Assembly (NCBI GenBank): GCA_964187785.1
Contig: OZ076409.1
Span: 70,186,001-70,250,000 of the forward strand
From: Amphiscolops sp. MND2022
Taxonomy: Eukaryota
Reading direction: 5' to 3'
DNA: 64,000 bases
Made by a program: the position numbers and the translations under genes. Within the stretch, counting starts at the first letter, position 1. Each line of letters begins with the position of its first letter. Positions 36,501 to 49,300 of this stretch are shown here, piece after piece. The notes beneath the pieces are model-generated. The model searched no databases, had not been told where the DNA came from, and saw only the letters and a program-made list of their open reading frames with translations.

Positions 36501-39500
36501 CCTTGTGCAATACCCCCACCTCATGTGCTTTCTTCAAAACATGCCGAGTATTGGCATGTCGCTTCGCTCCCAACTAGTGCATTTTCAGGTACGAATTAAA
36601 AATAATTGAACCTGGTCCTCTTTCAATGTCAGTCAAGATGCCAGCTTAGCACCGTGATATTTGCCGCGTCGATTTATATTAGCACCATTTTTTTCAATAT
36701 TTCTACCTAAGCTGGAATTTTATTAAAACAGTAAACGGTGGTTTTTCCGTTTGTTTTCCCTCAGCATCTGCTTTAACTCCTAGAAAATCAAGGTTATTTT
36801 TGTCGCCATAAAATTAACGAGGGTTTGCTAATTAATCGTTCGCTGAGAGCTTCGCTAGCATTCAAATGAGAATGGAAAAGGCCGCTGAGTAATATTTTTT
36901 TCAATTCAAGCAAGAAAGCTTCTAGTCCAATGATTTTGGTGCTATCAGTCGAAAATTGAGTTTCCATTTATTAGTCGGCGCTTTTCCATTAAGGGAAAAA
37001 TGCCCGACTATAGCAGTGACTTTTATTTTCTTCAGACTACTATCCTCACACTGATCGGTCCACTTTGTAGAAACAATCCTGAAACCATCTAGGGCATAGT
37101 GCCGAAAAATGTAAAAGGGGACCTCAAAAAAGCCTAATTCACCTCTATCTCAAGTGCCAGTAGAAGTAGTGTGGCATTTAGTGTTAGTTCAAGTCAGCTT
37201 ATAAAGCTTATAAAATCTGTCACTTCGTTGGTCTTTAAAAAAGTCACTACTGTAGTCTGCGTTTTTCTACGAAAAGCGCCGACTAGAAATTGAAAGGGGA
37301 CCCTTTGGAGACATTAAAACTTGAGAAAAAAGTCTCACGAAGCCGAAATAGCATGGTCTAAAACTGTCCCTTCGCTGTAAATCTGTCCCTTCGCTGGTCT
37401 CAAAAAGTCATACTATAGTCTGCGTTTTCTATAAAAACCGCCGACTAAAAATCATTATAGCATTTTTCGTTTCATGCAATTTTCCCAAAAAAATTCAGGC
37501 ATCTTCATAACTGCGTATTCTTTGTTTTCGTCGTTAAATTCTTCAAAAAAAACCTATTTTTTAGTATAAAATTAGACTGGTAATATCTGAAACAATTAAA
37601 TCAAGTTTCAATGCGATCCTTGATAACGTTTTGGATCGTAGTTAATTGGACTCTACATAGCAATCCATTTTCGGATACAATAATGGCTATGTACGTGGCG
37701 GTTTCTTGTAACTGTACATGTATCTTAGCGATCGAAATCGTTGTAAATCTCATCAACCATTGAGCGAATCAGCGATGCTTCATCCAGTCATTAATTTTCA
37801 TTGTCATCTGCAATTGAATCTGGCGTTACATCTGTGGTTAGGTTTATGTAGCCTTCAAGTTAATATCTGACCGACTACCTTGAGAATGACAATCACAAAC
37901 GTGTTTCAAATGAATGTTTTAGGACCGTGGAGCTGCTTTAATCTTCGAAGGACTCAAGGAACAAAGTCAGACTGGAGTTGGCCTGGTGTCTCTCATTTTG
38001 TGGAACAACAATTTATCGCCCAGCTGCTCTTATGTAGTCAATGCCCTCGTAAGTACACACTGCTGACCTCTGTAGAGACGTTCTCTTTTATACTAACTGT
38101 TCTCGAAATAGACCTTGTAACTTTAATTTATGTATTTAATTAATCACCTGCACTGGAATGCAATTCCAAATCATGATCTTATCATTCGTGAAACTCCAGT
38201 GGGTTGTGAATTCTAGGTTTAGCATATGCCCATAATGCAATGTTTGCTTTGAAAAGCATGAATTTGCTTTGTTTGCGTGAATGATGTTAGGTCCTACAAT
38301 TTGAATGATGATACGTTTCAGGCGGCCCACATGTCACTGGAAACGCTAAATATGGGGTATAATGATCTCAGAAACGAAGGAATAACAATTTTGAAAGACG
38401 GTCTGTTGAAAAACAAAAGTATCGCTCGGCTGGGACTGAGTTCCACCCGAATAGACTCAATTGGTTAGCTATGTTGTCAATTGTCTTTCTGTTGTTTGCT
38501 GTCTTTCAGCTATGTCGTCTCTATTGTATTTGTATTTTACTCGTGAAATAGAGATTATGTAACATATGGGACCCCATACCTTATTATGCTCAAAAAATAA
38601 CTTTGAATGAGTTGAGCGACATGAAAGTATGTGTATCTTGCATTTCAGGAGCAATCGCTCTGGCAGAGTTCATCGCCGAGTCCAGAAGTATTGTGCGGCT
38701 TGACATCAGAAATAACAACCTCAAAGTTGCTGGCATCATGGCCTTGCAGAATGCACTCAAAAACAATTACACCTTGACTCGATTAGATCTGGACACCGAA
38801 CCTAAGAAAGAACAGGTTGGTTTTATGCTTCATTAAGTTGATTTTTTTTAAAAAAAAAACTTGAAAACTTTGACGGAGATAAAGTTTACTAAGTAGAAAT
38901 ATTGTCACAGAACTTGTTCTTCGGCGTTTGAAAGAATCCTTTTCTTGTTTTCAGCTGCAAGGCTATGCAGAACTATACCGTGGCAATTTGGAGCAGATTT
39001 TGTTTTTGCTTGAGAGAAACCAGGCGTTTGCTACTGAAGAAGACACTCGAAGAGCTATTCTACAGCAACAGATTCTATCATATCGTCGACCTTTGAACCA
39101 ATCATCTGTGGAGCCGTTTTCAAGATCAGATACGGGACCTTCGCACCAGAATGAGAATGGTCAACTTGCTGGTCTGGGATTGGCTCTGACCTCTTCTCTT
39201 AGTTCCTCTGAAGATGCAAGTAGTTTCAAGTAGTTTTATTCTCATCAACTAAGATGGAAGTGCTAGAAACTAATTCTCGAAGATGTCTTCTTATGAAGTG
39301 ACAATGATAGAGCGATAATTTTTTAATGAGGAATTTCTTGTGGAAATTAGTCGCCAACAATGTGCACTTGCAGTGAAATAGTTGAGAGAACAACTGAATA
39401 ATTTATGATTCCCCCAACTGGTTCGACATGGAGCGAAAGTGAAAATGATCTGATGCTTCCATCAGTGCGTCCATCACAGGATTAATAGCCCTTAACTCGT

Positions 39501-42234
39501 TTAATCATCTGGGAATATCGCGTTTCGATAATATCACTTAGCTTATTTTTATACAGTGCTTTAAAACATGCCCATGTTATTAGCAAGAAAACATGCCCAT
39601 CATCATGCCTCCGACGCCGCTGGAGGGCGACGTTGCTCCTAGCGGAAGTACCAATACCATGAACAAACATGCATCTTCCACGGAGAACATAAAGCAGACG
39701 TCGCATGATGAAGTGAACCAAGTTCTACATGGTGCTCCTCAGCTTTTTATTGGCACTTGTGATTCTTCCCAAAGCCATGGCTTCTCAAACTCTTTAGGTT
39801 TGTACGATTCCTGCTCCTTCCTCGATCCTCAGTTTACTTGAGTTTCTGATCGCTGGTTTCAGATATTCTTTCATGATTGTTAATTTTTTGCACTAATAGA
39901 TTTGAATGTTTCATCATAGAATAAGTCAATTATTTCATTAGTTCTTACAATTTTTGTACTTTTCGCTCAATTTTCCATCAAAATCAAACTTGCATATATT
40001 TGATCATTTTGTTGACCGGCTTTTGAAAGAACCGCTTATTAGGAGTCGGAAAAAATTCTACTACTTATGCAATCGTATCGTTTTTTTTGTTTTTTTTTCT
40101 CCCGACATTTCAATGAAAATTTCAAATTTCTCAAGAAAAAAGTCTAAAAAAGGGCTAATTTTGGCTATGTTTCCCACATTCCAGTCATACGATTTTGATG
40201 CCATTGCGCACGGAGGGGTCCCTTTGGGTGTAGAATGACTGCAAAATTTTATGAATTTTCGCAAAAACTGTCCATACGATTCGAACGAAATTTTGTACAG
40301 TCATTCTACACCATTTTATGGTCCTATGTGTGCAAGGGCATCAAAATCGTATGACTGGAATCCGGGCGAGTCAGAAGGAAAAAGACCTAAGCCGATTCCT
40401 TTACCGCACATGCGGCTCTGGTTAAATCTTGGTCTTATTCGATTATGCCATGATAACACTGAATGGCCCACTTAATATTTCTGCGTTAGGTGAAATGTTA
40501 TAGAAGCCGTGGTTTTTTCCAGACCTATTTGTCGACCCGATTCGTTATGTGCGCCAATTGTAGTATCAGTGACGCAGCGTTACCAAGGTTTTCGATTTAT
40601 TTTAACCTTTTTTATATTAACCGAATCCTCGAAACTATATGGGACCAAGAGGTCCCAGCTTATGGTTTTTCAGAATTCTGCGACTTTTTAGAAAAAAATT
40701 CGCAAATTCGCTTTTTTGATGTTTTCAGTTGAAGGAAAGCGTTTTCCGAGCACGAAAGGCTCTTTGTTAATTTTGGCTTTTATTTTTGAGAATATCATTA
40801 AAATAGCCTTTTGAGTATGTCCTTAAAACTTTGCGCTCTTTGAGCCTTGAGTGGGACGCCGACTTGAGACGTCACCGTCTTGTTACCACTACTTGTCACC
40901 GTTGTTTTTCAAAATTCCTGGCTTCGTTTCCAAGTGTGCTTTTGTGTGAACTCGTTGCTTGTCTTATAAAATATTGAAAAACTTTGTAAGACTAATTTTA
41001 CGCGGCATATCTCCCATTATTGCCACCAATTCAATATTCATTATCTTCCATTATGACTCTTAAAAGGAAACGTAAAATTAATTGAAGGTTGCATGAAAAC
41101 TGGCAACGTGAATAGTACTGGCACCAATGAACTTACGTCATAAATGCCAGGTAATGAAAAGCTGCAACGTAATTTTCTGAATAAAGCCGCCCGTTTTCAT
41201 CATGTGTTTCATATAAGCAAATCGAACACGCGCTCTTGCCCTCAAGCCTCGGAAAACATGAAAAGATGATGATGATGTAAATGAAATGGTAAGAGTATGA
41301 AATTGAATCTTGGCAAAAAAATAGTTGGTGATTTTTCATGAATCATGGCATGTTTCGAAAGCGAATTCTACCAAATTGACACGTATCTCCCCCATGTGAT
41401 CTGCCTGTGTTAGTTTATTTCCCATATATGAGTGTGGTTCGTTTGCAGATAAGTGTTGTACAGTGAAGTGAGATTGCTTCAGTATAGTGCTTTTTATAAC
41501 GGATGGTCAAATGACGTAGCTTACCTTTTGAAATCGTTTCAATAATTTGAAAGATTCATTGAGCTCTTTTCATTGATTTTTTGATACTTCCTGGAGCAGC
41601 AGTAGAACAGAATAACACTTTATAAAAATGCATTTTCTAGATATTCCAATCCAATCAACTGGATTGAAGCATATACTTTTGATGAAATTATGCATTTATC
41701 ATGTATAAAAACTATTCATTGTACTAACGGCATGATTCTGCCGCTGAAAAACATTCCAAAAGCATCCAACCTCGCCTAATGAAGTGAAATGACGTAGTTT
41801 TAGAGCACTAGGAGTATGTGAACATAGCTGACGACGTTATAATAAAAACTCCGACAAAATATGCAGGGACCACACTTATAAAATAAGGACCACACTTAGT
41901 CAGGAGTACCGCAGTCTTTTGAAGTTTACTCGCACGTAGCAGTCGGCTTTCTATGGTCACTTGTCATTCAATTTGTCAGTTTTTTGTTTCAGATCCATCA
42001 AACTCAACCGACGTCCTTTCCAACAACTCTCTGCCATCATCACCACCCACCCCAGGACCTGTAGGAACCCCAAACTCCTCTTTTTCAGACGAACTGGCCA
42101 CACCCCCAACCGATGCCGGTGACGCATCAACAACTTCGGTGGAACAATCGAACACTAACAGCTGCCTTGCAACTCCTAGTTCTGTTACCAACAGCTCTCC
42201 AACTGAAAACGCTCTTTCGTCTTCCAGCAGTTGA
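30506..42234 (+). CDS. PPP1R37: Protein phosphatase 1 regulatory subunit 37 (LRRC68); exons 30506-30740, 31009-31428, 31948-32045, 32591-32636, 33001-33101, 33776-33895, 34079-34229, 34693-34838, 37923-38048, 38322-38463, 38649-38815, 38955-~39215, ~39584-39797, 41993-42234
   Basis: RVxF-type motif RKVKF, LFEMIEYYESAT, LQELYLGDN, EGLKEQ..LILWNN, AIALAEFIAES, RLDLDTEPKKE; GT-AG phases are consistent for exons 1-12; the last two exons are less certain. Confidence 0.9.
33237..33720. mobile_element. piggyBac-like MITE in a PPP1R37 intron
   Basis: 12-bp TIR CCTCG(A/G)CAGT(A/G)C flanked by TTAA and TCAA. Confidence 0.55.
34876..36263 (-). mobile_element. Deleted hAT element in PPP1R37 intron 8
   Basis: TIR CAGGCTTGT.AAA.AA; 8-bp flanks ATTTAAAC/CTTTGAAC; minus-strand ILPTSNMVERLFSLARRTMTDYR dimerisation motif. 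Confidence 0.85.
36970..37452. mobile_element. Composite of Helentron/DINE-like repeat ends
   Basis: tagtcggcgcttt..ccgactatag and actatagtctgcg..ccgactaaaaa hairpin ends; gccgaaaaa..aaaggggacc units. Confidence 0.5.
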
Positions 42235-44605
42235 TGATGAAGTTATCGTAAAGTTCCGTCATGCAATGATGACGTCATCTGGAGGTGTCGTTATGCAATG
42301 GTGATGTCATATATGTGGCGCTATGCAATGACGTCATCTCAGCGCCAGGTCGCTGCTCCAAATGGCTGCCCAACAAGTTGCCCCTCTCCCGCCTTTTGCT
42401 ATATTACCTTTGCTACTAATAGCGTCAACAAACACACCTTCATAATTTATTTCAGCTTTCTCGCCTTTTGGGGCTCGGCGAATGTATTTAGTGTTCGAAA
42501 TTAGTTGACCAAGCCAGAGGTGCTACTCTGCTGGACCTAACTTGTAGCTAGAGCAGTTTGGCAGTCGCTGCTAGTTTTGCCTTCTTATTACACTGGATGA
42601 ACCAATCTATCTCACAAGTGCTTATTGGTATGTTGAACAAGGTATCAGTACTTACACAAAACGTTTTTGGATCTCGGATTGCACATTGATGTTGACGATC
42701 CTTCAAAATTACGAGCGAAGAACATAGTACAAGGTATACTACTAGAAATGAAATACAATTTTGTCAGGTTGTCATCATCAAGTTTCATTTTAAAAAATCT
42801 AACTATATGATCTAAATATTGATGCCTTGTTTTTCGAGTGCTTTTCAACTATTATAGCCTCTACTATAGCCGACTTGTGTATCTTGGTAACACACTCAAC
42901 CCCTGAACGATGAAAAGACAATCGCATTTCTAGACGAAGCAGCCGCCCATTGTAATGAATGCGTCAAAGTCAAGTCTTGGTGCTGTTTTTACGGAAGATA
43001 AATCTACCTTCTCAAGTAACTAGAGGGTTAAAAATTACCCGTTTATTTTTGGAAAGAATACTGTCTATTTTTCAATAAAATGTATTTACTTACATATTCT
43101 TCTTGAAAGGACATATGCTCCTATGAAAAATATGAAGGGTAAATTTATATTCTACCCGAAGATGCACTTTTAAAGGTTCAGTGCATTTCTCATTGTAATG
43201 CATAAATTAATTTCCTTGATTTAGTAAGTAGTCGACCATAAAAATGGTATTAATTTTTTTCCTATGAAGTTTTGCCAATGTTGCAAAAGTTACATTAAGG
43301 GCTTGCATAGTTTATAGGGTAATTCGGAGTTTTGCTGCAGTAATGCAGAATTTTGCTGCTTCTTTGAAGACGTGTGAAATGGTTAAAGTTTCAGACATAC
43401 CCCTAAAGGATAATATCCCAATTTTATTATAGAATATAAGTAGAGAGTGCTGTTGGATTAATTTCGTTTGATATTATAAAACTGTTGATATTTTTATACA
43501 AAACTTACAATATGATTTGTCGTTGCGTCGTCCTCGTTTCTTTTCAATTCCGTTTTTCATTGACAAAATTCTCCGACTTCAGAAATGATTCAATCCCAAT
43601 TATATTCTCAAAGGGTGCTATTTCATATTTCATTACCGTTTTCTTGCCCTCCTTGTAAACAAACTCGTGAACACCAATTTTCATTTGAAAAACTCTCGTT
43701 TCTCATTTGAACAAAAAATCTCTAATTCTGAATGAAAATCTATTCTGGAAATCGCATCAAAATTAGGGCCCTGGATGGTTTGGTAATTTCATGGCGAAGT
43801 TAAGTCCTGGATCTTTGAAAGTTGGAAAAAGGTTCTTCGTTTGTAAATAAGGAGGAAAATTGATATTTTTGAGTGAGTCTAGTCTAATTTACATTTCGAT
43901 AGGTTCTCATTCTGCTCCTACTCATAGTATGATTGATTGCTCAGCAAGTATTCTCCTTTGCTCCTCAACGACTCCATATCATTTCATTTCAGATTGAATA
44001 TTTAGATTTATATATTTAATATTTAATGCTGCTCTTTCTGTCGCAGCTTTCGCAGCGAGAAGATCAGAGAACAGATTCAATTTATTTTTTCCAGACATTT
44101 TGTCTTCACTGAGTGTAACTTAAATGTCCTATCTCTATAAAGATGGGAGTCAACTCAGTTTTTTGAAATTAAGAGACATTCAATCCAGTAAAATAAGATT
44201 TGTTAGGTAAAAATGAGGACATTGGGCGGCTTCCTTGAATTCGCTCATAATACATAATAATTAACTTCTAGCTTGATTTCTACGTTTGGCATGCTTTAGA
44301 TTCTAAATAAGATTCCTTCCGCAGAATTCAACCACGGAAAAATAGTTTCGTAGCATATGCTTTTATGGAAAATCTTAACTTTTTGATGAACAGTATGTGA
44401 ACAGCAACATGAAATAGTTATATTTCGTTATATTCTTCGTTGGAGTACCATGTCTTCGGTTTTCTTTTGTCCCAAGATTATTATATTTCGAAACTTGTCA
44501 ATTACAATAAAAATAGTTTCGGACTAAAAATCGTTTTTTTTCGAATAATAATTGGGGTTACAAAATCTTGAAATGTACCATCTCGTACAGCACGCTATAT
44601 TCGGA

Positions 44606-45748
44606 TTTTTAGTCTGCGCGACTATTATAGTTACTCTTTGTTTTCTTTTTTTTCAATCCACACGAACTGACCAAAATAGTTCTTAAAAGTTCTACAAAAT
44701 ATTGTTGCACCAAATTGCACCATTTGGCCTAGCGAACTGAACCAAAAAGGTTTTTCCTGTTTTCCCGCGTAACATACCATACCGGACGAGACCTAAGGGT
44801 CCCCCTTTCAATTTTTTTCGGCACTGCGAGACTTTTTTTCGGAAAAAAATTTCCCCAAAGGGTCCCCCCTTTCAGTTTTTTTTCGGCATTGTGAGACCTA
44901 TTTTCAAAGAAATGTTTTCATAAAAGGGTCCCCGATTCACCAATACTTTGGCACTTTGAAGTCCTTTTGCTATTTTTAAGCCTTAGATGTTGCGCCGACT
45001 TGGGCCGGGCCCGGCTTGTTACTATAGGAAGGGACATAGTGAAAGAGATCCATTAAGACTTTGGGAAACCTATCGGCGTCTCCAGATACAGCCACAGTCG
45101 AAAAACTTTTCTCGCTAAGCACAATAATCGTAAATGTCTGACGACAATTAACTTCAAGCTTGATTTTTAGTCGGCGCATTTTAACAAAAAGAGCCCGACT
45201 ATTACAGTGGCAAGTTTTTCTCTTTTTTTCGTCAGATAGAATGTATGCGTATTGGACACTTTTTACAGAACTACTAAACTACTGCACCGGTCAAAGGAAA
45301 CGCATCTAAGTTAGTGCAAAGGGTCCCCTTCAATTCACTTCCTTTTTAACGTAAGATAAAAAAAACCTGACGAGACTAGGGTCCCCCTGTGAATATTTTT
45401 CGGCACTGTGCGACTTCGAATTTTTTTTGTCACCAAAGGGTCTCTCCCCCTTCAAGTTTTTTGATACTTTGCAGCAGACTGAAGTTCCAAAAAGCCCAAA
45501 GGGTCTCCTCTTTCAAGTTTTTCGGCACTATGGGACTGTTTCAAGTTTCTCATTTTTCGTTTTTCTGGAAATTTTTTCGAAAATTCGAATTTTTTAAATG
45601 TCTCCAAAGGGCCCCCTTCAATTTTTTGATATTTTGCAACAAACTGGATTTTCAAAAAGCCGAAAGGGTCCCCCTTTTACAATTTTAAAAACTTTGCGCT
45701 TTTTGAGCCTTAGATATAGCGCCGACTTTAGACGTTCCCGTCTAGTTT
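44606..45748 (-). mobile_element. Two Helentron/DINE-1-like repeats (44606-45020 and 45164-45748)
   Basis: tttttagtc(g)gcgc..cgactatta ends and gagccttagat..gcgccgactt..cc(g)gcttgtt / tctagttt ends; internal gggtccccctttcaa units. Confidence 0.65.
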
Positions 45749-46301
45749 ATTAGTTGTTGCTAAACTGCTAGCGATTGTTTAGAAAAAGGGATTAGCGAAA
45801 AGCGCACGTTCAAAAAGCGAGATTAACTATTAGCGAGTCAATACACTGTCCAAGAGGCTATTCCCCATACTACTTCAAAAGCTATCGTAACACATGAAGG
45901 AAACTAACGCGTTGGTATAGCACAGCGTGGTATAGTGATGTAGCACGTACTACAGCTAACATATCATACTTGGTGAGTCGATGTGAGTTAGTTTGTTTGG
46001 TGTCTCAAGATCAGTGATAACCAATTGAATGTTGTAAATAGATAATTTAATACTTGGCATATAGCACCAGACGCGCTACTCCTACTCCACAGCGGAAGTA
46101 GCGTTTTAAGTTAAACAGAAGCAATTTTTAAACACACAGATCGGTACAAGGGTGAATTCAATGGCTCCATAAAATGGATTTTTTTCGGACAGATTTTCGG
46201 AATCGCCTCGACACAAAGAGGTTGTTGGTAGTACTCGAAATTTGCCTAATATTTCAGACAGAAAATGAATTGAGAAAGCGATTCGTTCATTGGCTTTTGG
46301 A

Positions 46302-49300
46302 ATGACTGAGAACAAACGAAATGCGTATGGCGGTACCAGCAAAGGATCGTCCAAAACAGATGAGGGCGAGGACTGGAACACTGTCAAGCGTTTGGGGTCT
46401 ATCCGAAGCAACGAGGCATTGGACGAGAAATTTGGGTATGAACAGTACAGTGATGGCATTGAGCGCGAGGGCTGGCTTGTCAATTTCGAAACTAGTGAAA
46501 TTCTGGACGATGACAAACGATTGATATCGGCTGTTAGTTATTACTTCATCCTTCCCGATGGGAACAGACTCAAATGCAGCATGCCATATGCACCCTATTT
46601 CTTCATCATAGTCAAAGACGGCACTGAAGCTGAAGTTTCAGCCTATTTGGCGAAAAAACATGCAGGTATTTTGGCTAGTGTGGACATCGTCGTTAAAGAA
46701 GATTTAGATTTGCCGAATCATTTAATTGGCCTCACAAGAAAACTGATCAAGCTTTCGTTTCTCAACACAAACCATATGAGCAGGCTTAAATCTACTTTGA
46801 TGCCTATTGTGAGACGAAATCAGGAGAAGTCTAAAAGCCAAGATGTGTACACCAAACTACTCAGTGATGTTCTTACAGCACAAAACGACCAGAATGTCTC
46901 GAAAAAGCCCGGTGAAAGCTCTTCAAACAAGTCCAAAATCGATAAAATGGCAGAACAATCAGATAATATCATCGATTTGCGAGAGCACGATGTTCCTTAC
47001 CACGTTCGAGTGTCAATCGACCTTGGAATATTTGTGGGCAAATGGTACAACATCAAACATGTTGCAGGAAAAAACCCAGATATAGTTCCTCACCCGGAAC
47101 TTATTGACTGGCCGGATCCTGTTGTTTTGGCTTTTGACATCGAAACAACTAAGTTGCCTCTGAAATTTCCAGACTCTGCTATCGATCAAATAATGATGAT
47201 ATCTTACATGGTAGATGGACAAGGCTTCCTAATCGTGAATCGCGAGATTGTTGCCGAAGACGTCGAAGATTTCGAGTATACTCCCAAACCTGAGTTCGAA
47301 GGACCGTTTTCTGTCTTCAACGTCCCAGACGAACAAGCGTTGTTGCAGCACTTTTTTGACCACATACGGGAAGTGAGACCGCACGTGTTTGCAACATACA
47401 ACGGAGACTTTTTCGATTGGCCTTTTGTGGAACGCCGAGCGACTGAATATGGATTCGATATGCTTCACGAGATTGGTTTTTTCAAAGACTCGCAAGGGGA
47501 ATACAAAAGTAGGAACGCAATTCACATGGACTGTCTGTGTTGGGTCAAACGAGACAGTTACTTGCCAGTTGGGAGCCAAAATTTGAAAGCTTGTACGAAA
47601 GCTAAGCTTCGTTATGACCCCGTTGAACTTGACCCCGAAGAAATGTGTCAACTTGCTCGGGAGCAACCTCAAGTTCTCTCTAACTATTCAGTCTCGGATG
47701 CTGTTGCAACTTATTACCTGTACATGAAGTACGTGCATCCTTTCATTTTCGCTCTGAGTACTATCATTCCCATGAAACCCGATGAGGTTCTCAGAAAGGG
47801 ATCTGGAACACTGTGCGAGGCATTGTTGATGGTGAAGGCATTCGAAATCAACATTTTGTTTCCCAACAAACAGATGGCTGAATTGAACAAAATGACCCCG
47901 GGTGGCCAAGTTTTGGACAATGAGACTTATGTGGGTGGGCACGTGGAAGCCTTAGAGTCAGGAGTCTTTCGCAGTAACATACCTGTTAGATTCCGTATGG
48001 TTCCTGAAGCTTTCCAAAAACTAATTGGATCCTTAGATAGTACGTTGCAACATGCATTGGTTGAGGAAGAGAAAATACCAATGGAACAAATCACCAATTA
48101 TGACGAAGTTAGAACCAGGATAAAGAAAAAGTTAGAAACGTTGCGAGACTTTCCGAGTCGAATGGAGAATCCTATGATATACCATTTGGACGTGGGGGCT
48201 ATGTATCCGAATATCATTCTTACCAACAGGCTTCAACCTCCGGCTCTCGTGACCGAATCCACTTGTGCCACCTGTGATTTCAATAAACCAGGAGCTAAGT
48301 GTCAGAGAAAAATGGCTTGGGTATGGCGCGGAGACATCATGCCCGCTAGTAGAAATGAGTTCTACAAAGTTCAGTACCAATTAGAAACTGAAAAGTTCCC
48401 GCCTCTTTTTCCGGGAGGTTCTCAGCGAGCGTACCATGAATTGACAAGAGAAGAAAGGGCAACTGCTGAAAAGAAACGTCTTGGCGAGTATTGTCGAAAA
48501 GCCTACAAAAGGACGAAAGTAACCAAAGAAGAGGTTCGGTATTCAACAGTTTGTCAGCGTGAAAACAGTTTTTATGTCGACACAGTCAGAGCATTTAGGG
48601 ATCGAAGATATGAATTCAAAGGACTGACTAAGGTTTGGAAGAAAAAACTTGCCGATGCCATTAATTCTGGAGATATGGAACTAATTCGTAGTGCGAAAAG
48701 CAAAGAAATTCTGTATGATTCTCTACAACTTGCGCATAAATGTATTTTGAATTCATTCTACGGGTACGTGATGAGAAAGGGTTCTCGGTGGTTTTCCATG
48801 GAAATGGCGGGAATTGTGTGTCACACTGGCGCGAACATTATCAAACAAGCAAGAGAGCTGGTCGAACAAATAGGAAGACCTCTTGAATTAGACACTGATG
48901 GAATCTGGTGTATTCTACCCGCAAGTTTTCCTGAAAATTGTATTTTCACCACTAACAATCCCAAGAAACCAACTGTCAGTATATCATATCCCGGTGCAAT
49001 GCTCAACGTTCTGGTGCAGAAAAACTTCACCAATAATCAGTATCATGACAGAGTGGCCCCGGACATCCCTGAGTATACAATCCGAAGTGAGAACTCCATT
49101 TTCTTTGAAGTAGACGGACCTTATTTGGCAATGATTTTACCTGCTTCTAAAGAGGAGGGTAAGAAGTTGAAGAAACGTTATGTCGTTTTCAATGATGATG
49201 GGAGCGTTGCCGAGTTGAAAGGGTTCGAAGTTAAACGTCGAGGTGAGCTTCAGCTCATTAAAAACTTCCAATCATCCGTGTTTGATTCGTTCTTGAACGG

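Noticed and set aside
42640..44500. Possible decayed DNA-transposon ORF on the minus strand (also 41100-41800 and 59000-60400)
   Set aside because: The fragments look coding-derived but I found no diagnostic motif, TIR pair or TSD to support a call
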